Part shown: one piece after another, positions 18,704 to 28,654 of the stretch
Layout: the number at the start of each line of letters is the position of its first letter
How positions within the stretch are numbered: position 1 is the first letter of the stretch
Sequence record: SRR2962707_2549
Direction: 5' to 3' (one strand)
Length of the DNA stretch: 64,000 bases
Notes under the pieces: generated by a model
Told to the model about the DNA's origin: nothing
Databases searched by the model: none
Seen by the model: only the letters and a program-made list of their open reading frames with translations
Translations under genes and position numbers: made by a program

Positions 18704-19141
18704 CTAAAATCCAAGAGGTCCGCGCGCGAGCGACAGACCAAGAATGAGGTGAAATACGGTGTAAATGCCAAGCGATATAGCGACGCCTGCGATGATTGCG
18801 TGCAGAGGTTTGGCGCCGAGGCGCCAAGCAAGAAAGCCCGCACCAAAAAAAGTGGCAATGACGAAACCAAGAAGCGGTAATAATTCTGCATATGCAATGA
18901 ATACGATTAGGCCTGCGCCGACTTCCAACAGTCCGGGCAGCGCTGGCCATTCAGGTTCAGGGTCAGGCCGAAGGGCGACCGCTAGTCCTGCAATTCCGAG
19001 CAATACGCACACAATTAAGGGGAATGTCTGTGGGCCTACGGGATCAGAAATAAATGGTATGTCTATGAGCGTGGACCGCCAAGCAAAAAATACGGCGATG
19101 CCGACGCCGGTTAAGCCCATAATTCTGTCAGTAGTTGCCAT
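18704..19141 (-). CDS. tctB: TTT small permease
   Basis: DPVGP..FP motif, four TM segments, between tctC and tctA. Confidence 0.88.
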   Translation of the reverse strand: MATTDRIMGLTGVGIAVFFAWRSTLIDIPFISDPVGPQTFPLIVCVLLGIAGLAVALRPDPEPEWPALPGLLEVGAGLIVFIAYAELLPLLGFVIATFFGAGFLAWRLGAKPLHAIIAGVAISLGIYTVFHLILGLSLARGPLGF

Positions 19142-19169
19142 GCGATCCTCCCCAGATCTTTAATATTGA

Positions 19170-19197
19170 TTGCGCGGCCCATGTGAGGGCCGCGCAA
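19170..19197 (-). terminator. Intercistronic hairpin after tctC
   Basis: TTGCGCGGCCC-N6-GGGCCGCGCAA. Confidence 0.6.
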
Positions 19198-19206
19198 ATA
19201 GTTGCA

Positions 19207-20190
19207 TTATTTAATTAGGCCAATTTCACGAGAAAGATCCTGAATTTCTTGAATCGATCCCTGAACAAAGCTTTCAAACTCTGCACCTTGAAGATCAAGT
19301 GGTGCAAGACCATTGTTAGCCATCACTTCTTTCCATTCTGGAGATGCGTAGAGCGTTGCAATAGACTTAACCCAGAAATCATAGGCTTCAGCGCTCATAT
19401 TACCAGGCGCATAGAAACCGCGCCAGTTCGCACCAACCGCATCAATACCCTGCTCTTTAGCAGTTGGGTATGATGCAAAGTCACCAGGCATACGATCTGG
19501 TGCAAGTACAGCGAGAATTTTAATGTCGCCTGAGTCAACAAAGCCCTTGGCTTCTGACGCGTCACCGCTGAACACTTGGACAGAACCACCCAAGAGCTGA
19601 GTAATCGCTTCACCGCCGCCTTCAAAAGCTACGTATTTGATCGCGCGAACGTCATCAAATCCAGCCTTACGCGCTGTGATAAGGATTTTAAGATGATCCC
19701 ATCCACCCACAGATGAACCACCTGCGAATGCGATTGATTTTGGATCTGCTTTCAATTTATCCATTAGTTCAGGCAGGGTGTTGATTGGTGAATCCTTGGA
19801 AACTGCAAGAATACCATAATCCGCACCGATGGAAGAAATCCAACGGACTTGATCCATGCTTGCATCAGGGAAAGCGCCCTGTGCGAGGCGTGTCGCGGTT
19901 GCTGAAGATGCAGCAACGATCAAATTATTGTCGTTATTGCGTTTGCCAGTAACCTCAGCAAAAGCAACGCCGCCTGAACCACCGGTTAGGTTTGTTACCT
20001 GCATAGTTCCTGATATCAGACCAAGATCTTGCAGTGACTTGCCGACTTGGCGGCAAGTAAAGTCCCAACCACCGCCTGGGTTAGCAGGCGCGATACATTC
20101 AGTTGAGCCCGGATCAAAGCTTTGAGCGCTCGCCGGTAGCGTCATTGCTATGGCCACTAATGCGGCCTTAAATAAAGTCTTGTAGTTCAT
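19207..20190 (-). CDS. tctC: TTT substrate-binding protein
   Basis: ECIAPANPGGGWDFTCR, very close to citrate-type TctC. Confidence 0.9.
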   Translation of the reverse strand: MNYKTLFKAALVAIAMTLPASAQSFDPGSTECIAPANPGGGWDFTCRQVGKSLQDLGLISGTMQVTNLTGGSGGVAFAEVTGKRNNDNNLIVAASSATATRLAQGAFPDASMDQVRWISSIGADYGILAVSKDSPINTLPELMDKLKADPKSIAFAGGSSVGGWDHLKILITARKAGFDDVRAIKYVAFEGGGEAITQLLGGSVQVFSGDASEAKGFVDSGDIKILAVLAPDRMPGDFASYPTAKEQGIDAVGANWRGFYAPGNMSAEAYDFWVKSIATLYASPEWKEVMANNGLAPLDLQGAEFESFVQGSIQEIQDLSREIGLIK

Positions 20191-20231
20191 AGTACGTCCT
20201 CCCGTTGGTTTTAAAAATTCAGTGTCGTTAG

Positions 20232-21032
20232 TTAAGGTCCCTCGTAAGTGTATAAATACTTAGGAGGGATGGGTCCCTTATTGCGTCCGCCTTGTTGTGT
20301 CTGTTCCCAAGCGTGGGCCAGTATCCCAACAGAGCGTGATAGACAAAATAGACCGCGTGCAAGTGGTGGCTCGCAGCCAAGTTCAGCAAAGATGACAGCA
20401 GTCGCACCGTCAATATTCATTGGTAGAAGACGGCTGCCGCCTTTGCTAATATGTGCTTCAACAGCGATGCCGATATCGGCAAAACGCCCAGAAATGCTGC
20501 CGCGTTCAGCTGCTTCGCGCACCAGCGCCAAGAGCCGCGGCGCGCGCGGGTCACCGTTCTTATGGAAGCGATGCCCGAATCCGGGAATAAATTTTGTGCG
20601 CTGTTCTTGCCAATCCTTGATTGCTGCAGCCGTCGCTTCAGATAGAACTTCGCCATCTTTCACTCTGCTGTCGATATCATAGTAGAGTTCAACGGCCTGC
20701 TGGCCCGCACCGCCATGCACATCGCCGAGCATATTAACCGCGCTCGCCATCGCATTATTCAGTGGCAAGCCGCAGGTTACCGCCATGCGGGCAGCAGCGA
20801 TTGAAGGTGCTTGCGGGCCGTGGTCCACAGCCGCAACCAGCGCTGCCTCAAGCAATCCGGCTTCATCGGCGGTTGGCAAACGCCCCGCCACCATGAGCCA
20901 TATCATCGACGGAAAACTGACATTGCCCACCAATTCTTCAATCGGGTGCCCCCGAAAGCGGATAACGCCGGGGTGCATATCAATGATCGAGGTTCGCCAC
21001 CAATCGCGAACTTCTGTTGCGTCGTCGGTCAT
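20232..21032 (-). CDS. Citryl-CoA lyase (citrate synthase-like)
   Basis: DHG, HGGA, PGFGHRFH..DPR and NIDG; 266 aa. Confidence 0.85.
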   Translation of the reverse strand: MTDDATEVRDWWRTSIIDMHPGVIRFRGHPIEELVGNVSFPSMIWLMVAGRLPTADEAGLLEAALVAAVDHGPQAPSIAAARMAVTCGLPLNNAMASAVNMLGDVHGGAGQQAVELYYDIDSRVKDGEVLSEATAAAIKDWQEQRTKFIPGFGHRFHKNGDPRAPRLLALVREAAERGSISGRFADIGIAVEAHISKGGSRLLPMNIDGATAVIFAELGCEPPLARGLFCLSRSVGILAHAWEQTQQGGRNKGPIPPKYLYTYEGP

Positions 21033-22219
21033 ATCGCTCCCTTTTCGCGCATTGTCTCAATGTCTCCGCGACTAAAACCGAGACTGCCGAGGATCATATC
21101 ATTATCGGTGCCCAATGCCGGTGGAGGAGTTTCCACAGAAGGTGATGCGCCGTCAATTTTAATCCCCGTGCGCAAGACCGAAATGTCTCGTTCGACCCCG
21201 GGAACCATGTTAAATTTAGCAATCATGCCACTGTTCTTTATTACGTCATGGTCTAAGACTTCAGGCAGATCCATAACCGCTCCAGCTGGCACGCCGAGTG
21301 CGTTCAACTCGCGCGCCCAAATCCGTGCTGATTGACTTGCCAGTGCGCTTTCAATCTCCAATTTCAGCGCAGCGCGATTACGCTTGCGATCTTCGCGGGT
21401 TAAAAAATCAGGATGATCAAGCAAATCTGAACGTCCTATATGGCGTGCGAGAATCGCCCATTGTTCGTCTTTGTTTGCTGCAATATTAATCGGACCATCG
21501 CCGGTCTTGAATGTGCCAGAGGGGGCGGAGGTGAGGTTCTCATTGCCATTTGGGGTGGGTTTTTGACCCGCAATCAACCAGTTTGATACGGCCCAGCCCA
21601 TAGTAGCAATCAGGCTTTCCAACATGGATATGTCGATGAATGCGCCGCGCTTGGGCGCATTCAATGAAGCGGTAATGGCCATTGCGGCGGTTAGTCCGCC
21701 CACCGTGTCAGCGACCGGATAGCCGACGCGCAGTGGCGCTGTATCTGCATCCCCAGTGATTGCCATGACACCGGAAACGCCTTGCACAATTTGGTCATAG
21801 GCAGGGCGTTCAAACCAAGGTCCGGTTTGGCCAAATCCAGAAATTGCGCAATAGATTAATTCGGGACGAACTTCCTTTAGAACCTCGTACCCAACGCCAA
21901 GCCTATCCATCACGCCAGGGCGGTAATTTTCAACAAGTACATCTGCTGTGGCGACAAGACGGCGCAGAACTTCGCGTCCAGCTTCCGTTTTTAGATTTGC
22001 TGTGACTGATTTTTTGCCTGCATTTTGTGCAAGAAATGAAACGCCCATATTTGCAGCATTTAGAGCAGGGTCCGCACCTAATTGGCGCGCAAGATCACCT
22101 TTGCCCGGAATCTCCACTTTAATGACCTCAGCGCCAAGATGCGCCAATTGATGGCAGCAAAATGGACCTGCCAACACATTTGTAAGATCAAGCACGCGAA
22201 TGCCCTGAAGTGGTAACAT
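21029..22219 (-). CDS. CaiB/BaiF class III CoA-transferase
   Basis: LQGIRVLDL...LAGP, ENYRPG, SGFGQTGP and AYD. Confidence 0.92.
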   Translation of the reverse strand: MLPLQGIRVLDLTNVLAGPFCCHQLAHLGAEVIKVEIPGKGDLARQLGADPALNAANMGVSFLAQNAGKKSVTANLKTEAGREVLRRLVATADVLVENYRPGVMDRLGVGYEVLKEVRPELIYCAISGFGQTGPWFERPAYDQIVQGVSGVMAITGDADTAPLRVGYPVADTVGGLTAAMAITASLNAPKRGAFIDISMLESLIATMGWAVSNWLIAGQKPTPNGNENLTSAPSGTFKTGDGPINIAANKDEQWAILARHIGRSDLLDHPDFLTREDRKRNRAALKLEIESALASQSARIWARELNALGVPAGAVMDLPEVLDHDVIKNSGMIAKFNMVPGVERDISVLRTGIKIDGASPSVETPPPALGTDNDMILGSLGFSRGDIETMREKGAI

Positions 22220-22251
22220 TGAAATCTCCCGTCCCAGAACCTAGACAAATT

Positions 22252-22299
22252 GTTCCACCTTGTGCAATAGAATGTTCATCAAGTTCCACTAGGTAGAAC
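22252..22299. promoter_or_regulatory. Candidate IclR operator pair in the divergent promoter
   Basis: Two imperfect palindromes sharing GTTCCAC: GTTCCACCTTGTGCAAT and GTTCCACTAGGTAGAAC. Confidence 0.45.
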
Positions 22300-22301
22300 A
22301 C

Positions 22302-22976
22302 ATGAAAGAAAAACGCGTTGAGTCCGTTGAAAGAGCTTTGTCGGTTCTTGAGGCATTTTCCGCCGAGAAAACCTCTCTTTCCTTAACTGAGATCAGCTTG
22401 GAAACAGGACTTTATAAAAGTGCTGTTTTGCGTTTGGCGGCTTCCTTAGAACGCTTTGGCTACCTTAAACGGGGGCCGGATTTGCAATACCGCCTTGGCC
22501 CAGCGCTTTGGCGCCTTGGCGCACTTTATCGGCGAAATTTTGATATGGGTGAATCCATTCGGCCTGCGCTGCGCCAGCTCGTTGAAGCAACGGGCGAAAC
22601 AGCATCATTTTATGTCTTAGATCAGGACGAGCGTCTTTGTCTTTACCGTGAAAACTCAACAAATGCCGTGCGTCATCACCTTGAAGAGGGCGCGCGTCTG
22701 ACATTGCAAAATGGCGCCGCGGCTCATGTTCTCGCAGCTTATGGCCTTAATGACGAAAAGGCCTTAGTGCGTCTCAGTGGTGCCCGTTTTGCAACCTCTC
22801 AAGGAGAGCGAAATCCGCATATATCGGCAATTGCCGCTCCCTTATATGGACCAACGGGGCAGTTCCACGGCGCTCTCGCAATTTCAGGCCCGCGCGATCG
22901 CTTTGATGCCGCTGCCCGTGAGCGGGCAGGGGCTATTCTATTGGAAGCAACCGAAAAATTATCATCGCGCCTTTAG
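22302..22976 (+). CDS. IclR family transcriptional regulator
   Basis: VESVERAL HTH, TGET and IAAP...ALAISGP. Confidence 0.93.
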   Translation: MKEKRVESVERALSVLEAFSAEKTSLSLTEISLETGLYKSAVLRLAASLERFGYLKRGPDLQYRLGPALWRLGALYRRNFDMGESIRPALRQLVEATGETASFYVLDQDERLCLYRENSTNAVRHHLEEGARLTLQNGAAAHVLAAYGLNDEKALVRLSGARFATSQGERNPHISAIAAPLYGPTGQFHGALAISGPRDRFDAAARERAGAILLEATEKLSSRL

Positions 22977-23221
22977 TGCGCTTTCGATGTTGCGTAGAGG
23001 CACAGTTGAATTTTTAGCACCTCGATTTCAACCGGTCTCCTGACGATCTTCCGATCTTTAAACCAAACTAGCGCTTTAAAGATATGAAATATCTTTAAAT
23101 CAAAACCGGTTGCCGATTATTAAATGGCAATTGCGGCAAACACAGAATTTGTCCGCCGCATCCCAGATAGAAAACGAGCCAGTAACTTTCTGCCGGATCG
23201 ACAATTTATTTTAAAATAATT

Positions 23222-23246
23222 GGAACCAGATCCCGCGCCGCGCGTT
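23222..23246 (+). promoter_or_regulatory. EcfG (sigma-T/RpoE2) promoter of csbD
   Basis: GGAAC-N16-CGTT. Confidence 0.85.
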
Positions 23247-23296
23247 TAGTGAGTAAGGAAAGCAACAGTGCTTTTCGAAATGAAAGGACATATATT

Positions 23297-23494
23297 ATGA
23301 ACTGGAATCAGATCGAAGGTAACTGGACCAAATTCAAGGGTAATGTGCAATCCCAATGGGGTAAGCTTAGCGGCGACGATATCGATGTAATCGACGGCAA
23401 CCGCAAGCAATTGGTCGGCAAAATTCAGGAACTCTACGGCAAAGCCGAAGAGGACGCAGAGCGCGAAGTCGACGACTGGCTATCAAAAAGCTAA
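23297..23494 (+). CDS. csbD: CsbD family general stress protein
   Basis: MNWNQIEGNW..FKG....WG.L; AAGGA SD. Confidence 0.92.
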   Translation: MNWNQIEGNWTKFKGNVQSQWGKLSGDDIDVIDGNRKQLVGKIQELYGKAEEDAEREVDDWLSKS

Positions 23495-23519
23495 GCCTTT
23501 AAATTGCCCTCCGGCACCC

Positions 23520-23549
23520 AAAGCCCACCTTTAACGAGGTGGGCTTTTT
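23520..23549. terminator. Bidirectional rho-independent terminator
   Basis: AAAGCCCACCT-N6-AGGTGGGCTTTTTT between convergent genes. Confidence 0.85.
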
Positions 23550-24556
23550 TATGCCGTATGGTCGATGGGGAACTTCAGTTCGTAGGAGATGCCTGACGTC
23601 GAGATTTCGTATCTGGCAGTGCCGCCTACAGAATGAGGGACTACCCGCTCAAGGACGACGCTACCGAAATGTTTGGTGAGTTCGCCGCTTTCAAGCATGG
23701 CAGGATGATCTTCATCCACAGCCTTCGCCTCTGTCCATTTAATATGGATACCTGGCTGTCCATTCACATCAATTGAAATGCAGCTTACCTCTATTGGGGG
23801 CATGTCCCTACCCAGTGATCCATGGGTAACGGCATTGGCAATAAGTTCGTGCAGGGCCAGTCCCACATGCAGCGAGGCATTTGGCGATAGCATCGCATTT
23901 TGTCCGCTGATGTTGATCAGATGGCGTTCGTCTGGAATGTATTTTGATAATTGCTGCTCGACCAGTTGATTAAACCGCACGCCCTGCCAGCTGGAATCGG
24001 TGATCAAGTCCTGCGAATAGGAAAGTGAAAAAAGACGACCGCGAAACTTATGCAGAAACCCGTCTAATGTATCGGAATGTTTAGCGGTTTGAGTGGCGAT
24101 GCTTTGGATAATCGCGAGCAGGTTTTTCGACCTGTGGCTTACTTCGCGCAGTAGTGCACGTAATACCTTTTCACGCTGACGCTTGCTAGAAAGGTCAACG
24201 ATTGTCGTCATGACATCGACGTCATCACGCTCGTAGGGAATGGCTTCGATAATGAACTGAAAGTGATGGTCATCACCTTCTGAAATTTCAAATTCGTGTG
24301 TTTCCCCACTCTCCAGAACCTCTGTTTTTACTTTGGTGAGGCGAGTAGATAGTTCGGGGCCAAAAATACTTTCGTCGGTCGGTTCAACGCCAGGTTCAAC
24401 CGTCCAACCATCCAATAAATTTGCAATAAAGAGATATTCGAATTGGCTGTTCTGTAAGGCAACGCAAACGCTGGACCTCAATAAAGCCAAGAGGATGTAG
24501 CGTCTAAACTTATCCTCATCTTGCCCCGGTTTCTCCCATGTCAGCCTACGTTTCAC
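23549..24556 (-). CDS. Cytoplasmic HWE/HisKA_2 sensor histidine kinase (stress-response associated)
   Basis: EVSHRSKN (HRxxN), HELIANA..HG and W.E motifs; N-terminal PAS-like region. Confidence 0.88.
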   Translation of the reverse strand: MKRRLTWEKPGQDEDKFRRYILLALLRSSVCVALQNSQFEYLFIANLLDGWTVEPGVEPTDESIFGPELSTRLTKVKTEVLESGETHEFEISEGDDHHFQFIIEAIPYERDDVDVMTTIVDLSSKRQREKVLRALLREVSHRSKNLLAIIQSIATQTAKHSDTLDGFLHKFRGRLFSLSYSQDLITDSSWQGVRFNQLVEQQLSKYIPDERHLINISGQNAMLSPNASLHVGLALHELIANAVTHGSLGRDMPPIEVSCISIDVNGQPGIHIKWTEAKAVDEDHPAMLESGELTKHFGSVVLERVVPHSVGGTARYEISTSGISYELKFPIDHTA

Positions 24557-24648
24557 AATATAGCCTCCATAGGATCAACTTTCGTGGTTGCATCGGGAGC
24601 CAGAAGGGCAAGGCGCCCGATGCAATTTTTATTATGCCTGCATTAAAC

Positions 24649-24816
24649 TTATCTACGGCCGCGAACTAAACCCATAACCAGCGACACAACAAGGAATACC
24701 AAGAATAGGTAGAACAACACTTGTGCAATACCCGCAGATGCACCGGCGATGCCGCCGAATCCCAAAACGCCGGCGATAATCGCGACGACTAAAAATACCA
24801 ATGAATAATAAAGCAT
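24649..24816 (-). CDS. DUF1328 family small membrane protein (55 aa)
   Basis: Manually translated: [35 protein letters not shown]...; GGAG SD; EcfG promoter upstream. Confidence 0.92.
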   Translation of the reverse strand: MLYYSLVFLVVAIIAGVLGFGGIAGASAGIAQVLFYLFLVFLVVSLVMGLVRGRR

Positions 24817-24846
24817 TTGTTTTCTCCGTGTTTACTTCACTAGGAT

Positions 24847-24871
24847 AACGCGCAACTTCGCAATTGGTTCC
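24847..24871 (-). promoter_or_regulatory. EcfG promoter of the DUF1328 gene
   Basis: GGAAC-N16-CGTT on the minus strand. Confidence 0.85.
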
Positions 24872-24897
24872 ACACGGCTGTATTTTTTATTCACCCA

Positions 24898-25692
24898 CTA
24901 AGCCAATGCCTCTGCGTTCTCGTTAAAAAACAGCGCTTGGCTGATGAGCGCTTTCACCATGTCTGGGTTGAAAGGCTTGGTGACCAAAAATGTTGGTTCT
25001 GGACGTTCGCCCGTTAAAAGCCTTTCGGGAAACGCCGTTATAAAGATAACCGGCACACTGCTGGTCCGAATTATGTCGTTTACCGCATCAATGCCCGAAC
25101 TGCCGTCAGCAAGCTGGATATCAGCAAGGATCATTTTAGGGTTTGTGCGACTAAACAATTCGACCGCTTCGCTGTGCGTGCGTGCAATGCCCGAGACCGA
25201 ATGACCAAGTTCGAGGACTATTTGCTCAATATCCATCGCGATAAGAGGTTCATCCTCAATAATCATGATCTCAGTTGCGATACCGCTCGAAATCTCTTTT
25301 GCCGCTTGATCAAGCAATCGTTTCAGCTCGTTTTCATCAACTTTAAGTATTTCGCAGGCTTGTTCCTGAGAAAACTCCTCAACCGAAACCAAAAGAAAAG
25401 CTTGGCGGGCAATGGGCGGGATTGAAGTCAGATTGGCCGCAGCGCGCATTTCCCAAGCAAAGGGTGTTTCGCTGGGTTTAATTTCAATTTGAGTGGAACT
25501 AAATATGCCCGCAAACAGTTTAAACACTGAAACTCTATCGCTCGAAGCTTCGGGAAAAAGTGAAACGTCATCAATAAGAGCGTCCAGCGTCGCCGCGACG
25601 TAAGCGTCCCCAGATGTTTGAGAACCCGTCAATGCGCGCGCATAGCGACGCAGATAAGGCAGATGTGCCGCGATACGTGTAGAAAGTGACAT
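24898..25692 (-). CDS. phyR: PhyR anti-anti-sigma response regulator
   Basis: Sigma-like N-terminus LPYLRRYARALTG plus receiver domain IEDEPLIAMD...ADIQLADGSSG. Confidence 0.96.
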   Translation of the reverse strand: MSLSTRIAAHLPYLRRYARALTGSQTSGDAYVAATLDALIDDVSLFPEASSDRVSVFKLFAGIFSSTQIEIKPSETPFAWEMRAAANLTSIPPIARQAFLLVSVEEFSQEQACEILKVDENELKRLLDQAAKEISSGIATEIMIIEDEPLIAMDIEQIVLELGHSVSGIARTHSEAVELFSRTNPKMILADIQLADGSSGIDAVNDIIRTSSVPVIFITAFPERLLTGERPEPTFLVTKPFNPDMVKALISQALFFNENAEALA

Positions 25693-25735
25693 TTGAAATT
25701 TCCTTTTGTGAAGTCTCAGCCTTCGCCAACCTTTA

Positions 25736-25760
25736 AACGGGCAGAATAAAAAAAAGTTCC
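25736..25760 (-). promoter_or_regulatory. EcfG promoter of phyR
   Basis: GGAAC-N16-CGTT on the minus strand. Confidence 0.85.
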
Positions 25761-25768
25761 ACTTTTTT

Positions 25769-25793
25769 TGAACTTTTTTCGTTTCCGTGCATT
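25769..25793 (+). promoter_or_regulatory. Variant EcfG promoter of nepR-ecfG
   Basis: TGAAC-N16-CATT, back-to-back with the phyR promoter. Confidence 0.6.
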
Positions 25794-25829
25794 AAGTGAG
25801 AGTATAACACTATTCAGTGAGCAGCAATT

Positions 25830-26024
25830 ATGGACGAAATGAGCAACATGAGCACGGTTGAAAACGGCAAAGGTCAGCCCAATAGGGCAAACCGCCAGAT
25901 TTCGCGGAAGCTTCGTGAGTTCTATGATAGTGTTCAGGACGAGGGTATCCCTGATCGCTTTCTTGATCTTTTGGAAAAGCTTGATGAGGCGGAAAAAGCC
26001 AGCAAATTGGTAGAAAAAGAATGA
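25830..26024 (+). CDS. nepR: NepR anti-sigma factor
   Basis: I..KLREFYD.V..E.IPDRFLDLL.KL; overlaps the ecfG start. Confidence 0.93.
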   Translation: MDEMSNMSTVENGKGQPNRANRQISRKLREFYDSVQDEGIPDRFLDLLEKLDEAEKASKLVEKE

Positions 26025-26590
26025 CAAACGCCGCCGATGAGGGTGTTAGTTTTAAACGAGAAATGCTGGCAACACTTCCCAACCTTCGCGCTTTTGCCAT
26101 TTCTCTATCAGGTTCCCATGATAAAGCCGATGACCTTGTTCAAGACACGATTTTGAAAGCTTGGGCGAAGCAAGATAGTTTTGAAATGAATACCAACATC
26201 AAAGCTTGGTTGTTTACGATACTGCGCAATGAATTCTACAGTCAGATGCGCAAACGTGGGCGTGAAGTTCAAGACGTAGATGGTTTTTTCACGGATAATC
26301 TAGCTGTTGATCCTGCTCAGCAAGGAAATTTGGATTTTCAGGATTTCAAGAAAGCACTGGTTAAACTGCCAGATGATCAGCGCGAGGCGATCGTGTTGGT
26401 CGGCGCTTCAGGTTTTTCCTACGAAGAGGCTTCGGAAATTTGCGGCTGTGCCGTTGGAACAATCAAGAGTCGGGTGAGTCGCGCCCGCAATACTCTCAAG
26501 GAACTTCTCGATATTTCAGGAGAAGCTGATTATGGACCTGACGGTGTTACAGCGTCTGTGACATCACGGTCTTTCGCCCGCACACGATAA
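26021..26590 (+). CDS. ecfG: EcfG (ECF15) general stress sigma factor
   Basis: LRAFAISL, ADDLVQDT, AWLFTILRN and GTIKSRV; context with phyR/nepR. Confidence 0.95.
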   Translation: MTNAADEGVSFKREMLATLPNLRAFAISLSGSHDKADDLVQDTILKAWAKQDSFEMNTNIKAWLFTILRNEFYSQMRKRGREVQDVDGFFTDNLAVDPAQQGNLDFQDFKKALVKLPDDQREAIVLVGASGFSYEEASEICGCAVGTIKSRVSRARNTLKELLDISGEADYGPDGVTASVTSRSFARTR

Positions 26591-26610
26591 ATGCCGTGCG
26601 CGGCGAAAAG

Positions 26611-27621
26611 TTAAACGGATTCACGTTCGATAATTTCACATTCCACTTTCAATTGATCGTGGCTGCTCTTCAATCCACCCGCCAAATCGTGAATGATTTC
26701 TACCGCCATAGCGCCCATTTGAAACATCGGCAGGTGAAGCGTGGTCAATGGTGGCCGTGTAAATTGCGCGATATCGCGATTGTCGAAGCCAATGACCGAT
26801 ATGTCTTTGGGAATGGATTTTCCGCGCTCTTTAAGAGCCTCAATACAGCCCAGCGCCATCAGGTCATTTGCGCAGAAAATGGCATCCGGCGGATTAGGCA
26901 ATTCCATCAGTGCATTGGTTTCTGAATAGCCTGATGAGGGTTCCCAGTTCCCGTGCCGGATTAGCTGAGAGTCAAAAGTAAAATCATTGCTCGCTAGTGC
27001 TTGCTTATACCCGCGAAGTCGGTCGCGGGGATTATCCAATCCCTCTTGGCCGTTGATAAGACCGATACGTTTCCGGCCGGCATTAATTAGCCGTTCGGTC
27101 GCCGCCCGCCCCGCCGCAATGTCGCCAGGGACAATGGAGGGAAGGCGGCGGCTTTGATCATAACAATTGACCATGACTGATGGCAGGGTGAATAACGCTG
27201 CTGGTGGTTCAACCTTACGCGTTAGGATCGTGCCAAAGATGTAGCCCATCAATGGCTGCTGTTTGCATAGCCAAAGGATGTTCTCGTCGGGGTCTTCGCC
27301 CGCACGGAAAATACCGAGAGTAACAACAACGCCCATTTCCAGTGCTTTTTCACGGGCACCTTCAAATGCCAACGCCATCCAAGGGTCTGTGGTCAACTCA
27401 TCAGTTATAAAAGCAATGACGCGATTGTCTGCTGGATCGCCCGTCGATGATCTATTTGGAAGCCGGTAGCCAAGTTCATGGACTGCATCCATGACCTTCT
27501 TGCGCGTAGCGTCGCTAAACCGAGCGCCCGAACTTCCGTTTAGAATCAGGGACACAGTCGCTTGCGATACGCCCGCCCGCGCTGCCACATCCATCATTGT
27601 TGCTTTCAAGGTATTCTCCAT
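26611..27621 (-). CDS. LacI family regulator
   Basis: TMMDVAARAGVSQATVS HTH; GFDN and PLTT. Confidence 0.94.
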   Translation of the reverse strand: MENTLKATMMDVAARAGVSQATVSLILNGSSGARFSDATRKKVMDAVHELGYRLPNRSSTGDPADNRVIAFITDELTTDPWMALAFEGAREKALEMGVVVTLGIFRAGEDPDENILWLCKQQPLMGYIFGTILTRKVEPPAALFTLPSVMVNCYDQSRRLPSIVPGDIAAGRAATERLINAGRKRIGLINGQEGLDNPRDRLRGYKQALASNDFTFDSQLIRHGNWEPSSGYSETNALMELPNPPDAIFCANDLMALGCIEALKERGKSIPKDISVIGFDNRDIAQFTRPPLTTLHLPMFQMGAMAVEIIHDLAGGLKSSHDQLKVECEIIERESV

Positions 27622-27651
27622 GCGGAGGGTTGGGTACCCTCAAATCACTTC

Positions 27652-28641
27652 CTACGCCCTGACATTACGTAATCTGTCGAATGCCACGGCAACGATTATG
27701 AAAGTACCTATGAACATTCCTTGCCAAAATGTCGAGATCCCAAGAAGGATCAAAGAGTTGCGGATCACTTCTATCAACAGGGCTCCGATAACAGCGCCGA
27801 ATGCATTGCCTTCCCCGCCTGCGAGATTGGCGCCGCCAATAACTGCTGCTGCGATAACGGTAAGTTCCATTGCTTGGCCAAGGTTTGTCGTGACACTGCC
27901 CAACCATCCGGCCATTAAAATGCCGGTTAGTCCTGCGGTGAAGGCCGAGAACATGTAGATTGTAACTTTCAAGCGTTTGACCGCAATGCCGGTCAATATG
28001 GCCGCGCTCTCATTGCTGCCAATGGCGAAAAGATGTTGTCCCCATTTCGTCCATTTGAATACCAACGAGATGATGATCGCTAATATTATGACGACATAAA
28101 GCGGATGTGGCAGGCCGAATGTAGAGCCGCCGCCAACCCAAAGCAGAATATCGTGATCGGGTCCAAATTCCCATATCATCTTATTATCTGAAAGAACCAT
28201 GGCAAGCGATCGCGCACCCGATAAGGTGCCGAGCGTAACCACAAAGGCGGGCATCCCCGCATAGGCGATTAGAATGCCATTTAGAAGCCCTACGAGAACT
28301 GCGGCGCCGAGCGCTAATATAGCAGAGATCCAAAATGCCATCCCGCTGGACATAGCGACACTGATTACCATCGCGCTGAGCACAACGGATGATCCAACCG
28401 AAAGATCGATCCCGCCAGAGGCGATAACAGCTGTCATGCCGATGGCAATGATCGCGACGAATGCAAAATTTCGTGTGACGTTGAACAGGTTTCGTTCGCT
28501 CGCGAAGGTGTCAGTCATCAAAGTGAGAGCCACGCAAGCGAGGAGCGCCGCAGTGAATACCCAAAAAACCTGCTGGCTTCTAAGGCGCGAAAACCAACCT
28601 TTATTGTGAGATTGGCCGATAATATCGTCAAGTGTTGTCAT
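27652..28641 (-). CDS. Sugar ABC permease (RbsC-like)
   Basis: GGIDLSVGS and ELTVIAAAVIGG; ATG at 28641 with a GGGAGG SD. Confidence 0.92.
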   Translation of the reverse strand: MTTLDDIIGQSHNKGWFSRLRSQQVFWVFTAALLACVALTLMTDTFASERNLFNVTRNFAFVAIIAIGMTAVIASGGIDLSVGSSVVLSAMVISVAMSSGMAFWISAILALGAAVLVGLLNGILIAYAGMPAFVVTLGTLSGARSLAMVLSDNKMIWEFGPDHDILLWVGGGSTFGLPHPLYVVIILAIIISLVFKWTKWGQHLFAIGSNESAAILTGIAVKRLKVTIYMFSAFTAGLTGILMAGWLGSVTTNLGQAMELTVIAAAVIGGANLAGGEGNAFGAVIGALLIEVIRNSLILLGISTFWQGMFIGTFIIVAVAFDRLRNVRA

Positions 28642-28654
28642 TGCTGTTTCCTCC

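Noticed and set aside
25716-26100. Minus-strand ORFs overlapping nepR/ecfG
   Set aside because: Antisense shadows of well-supported genes, crossing promoter elements.
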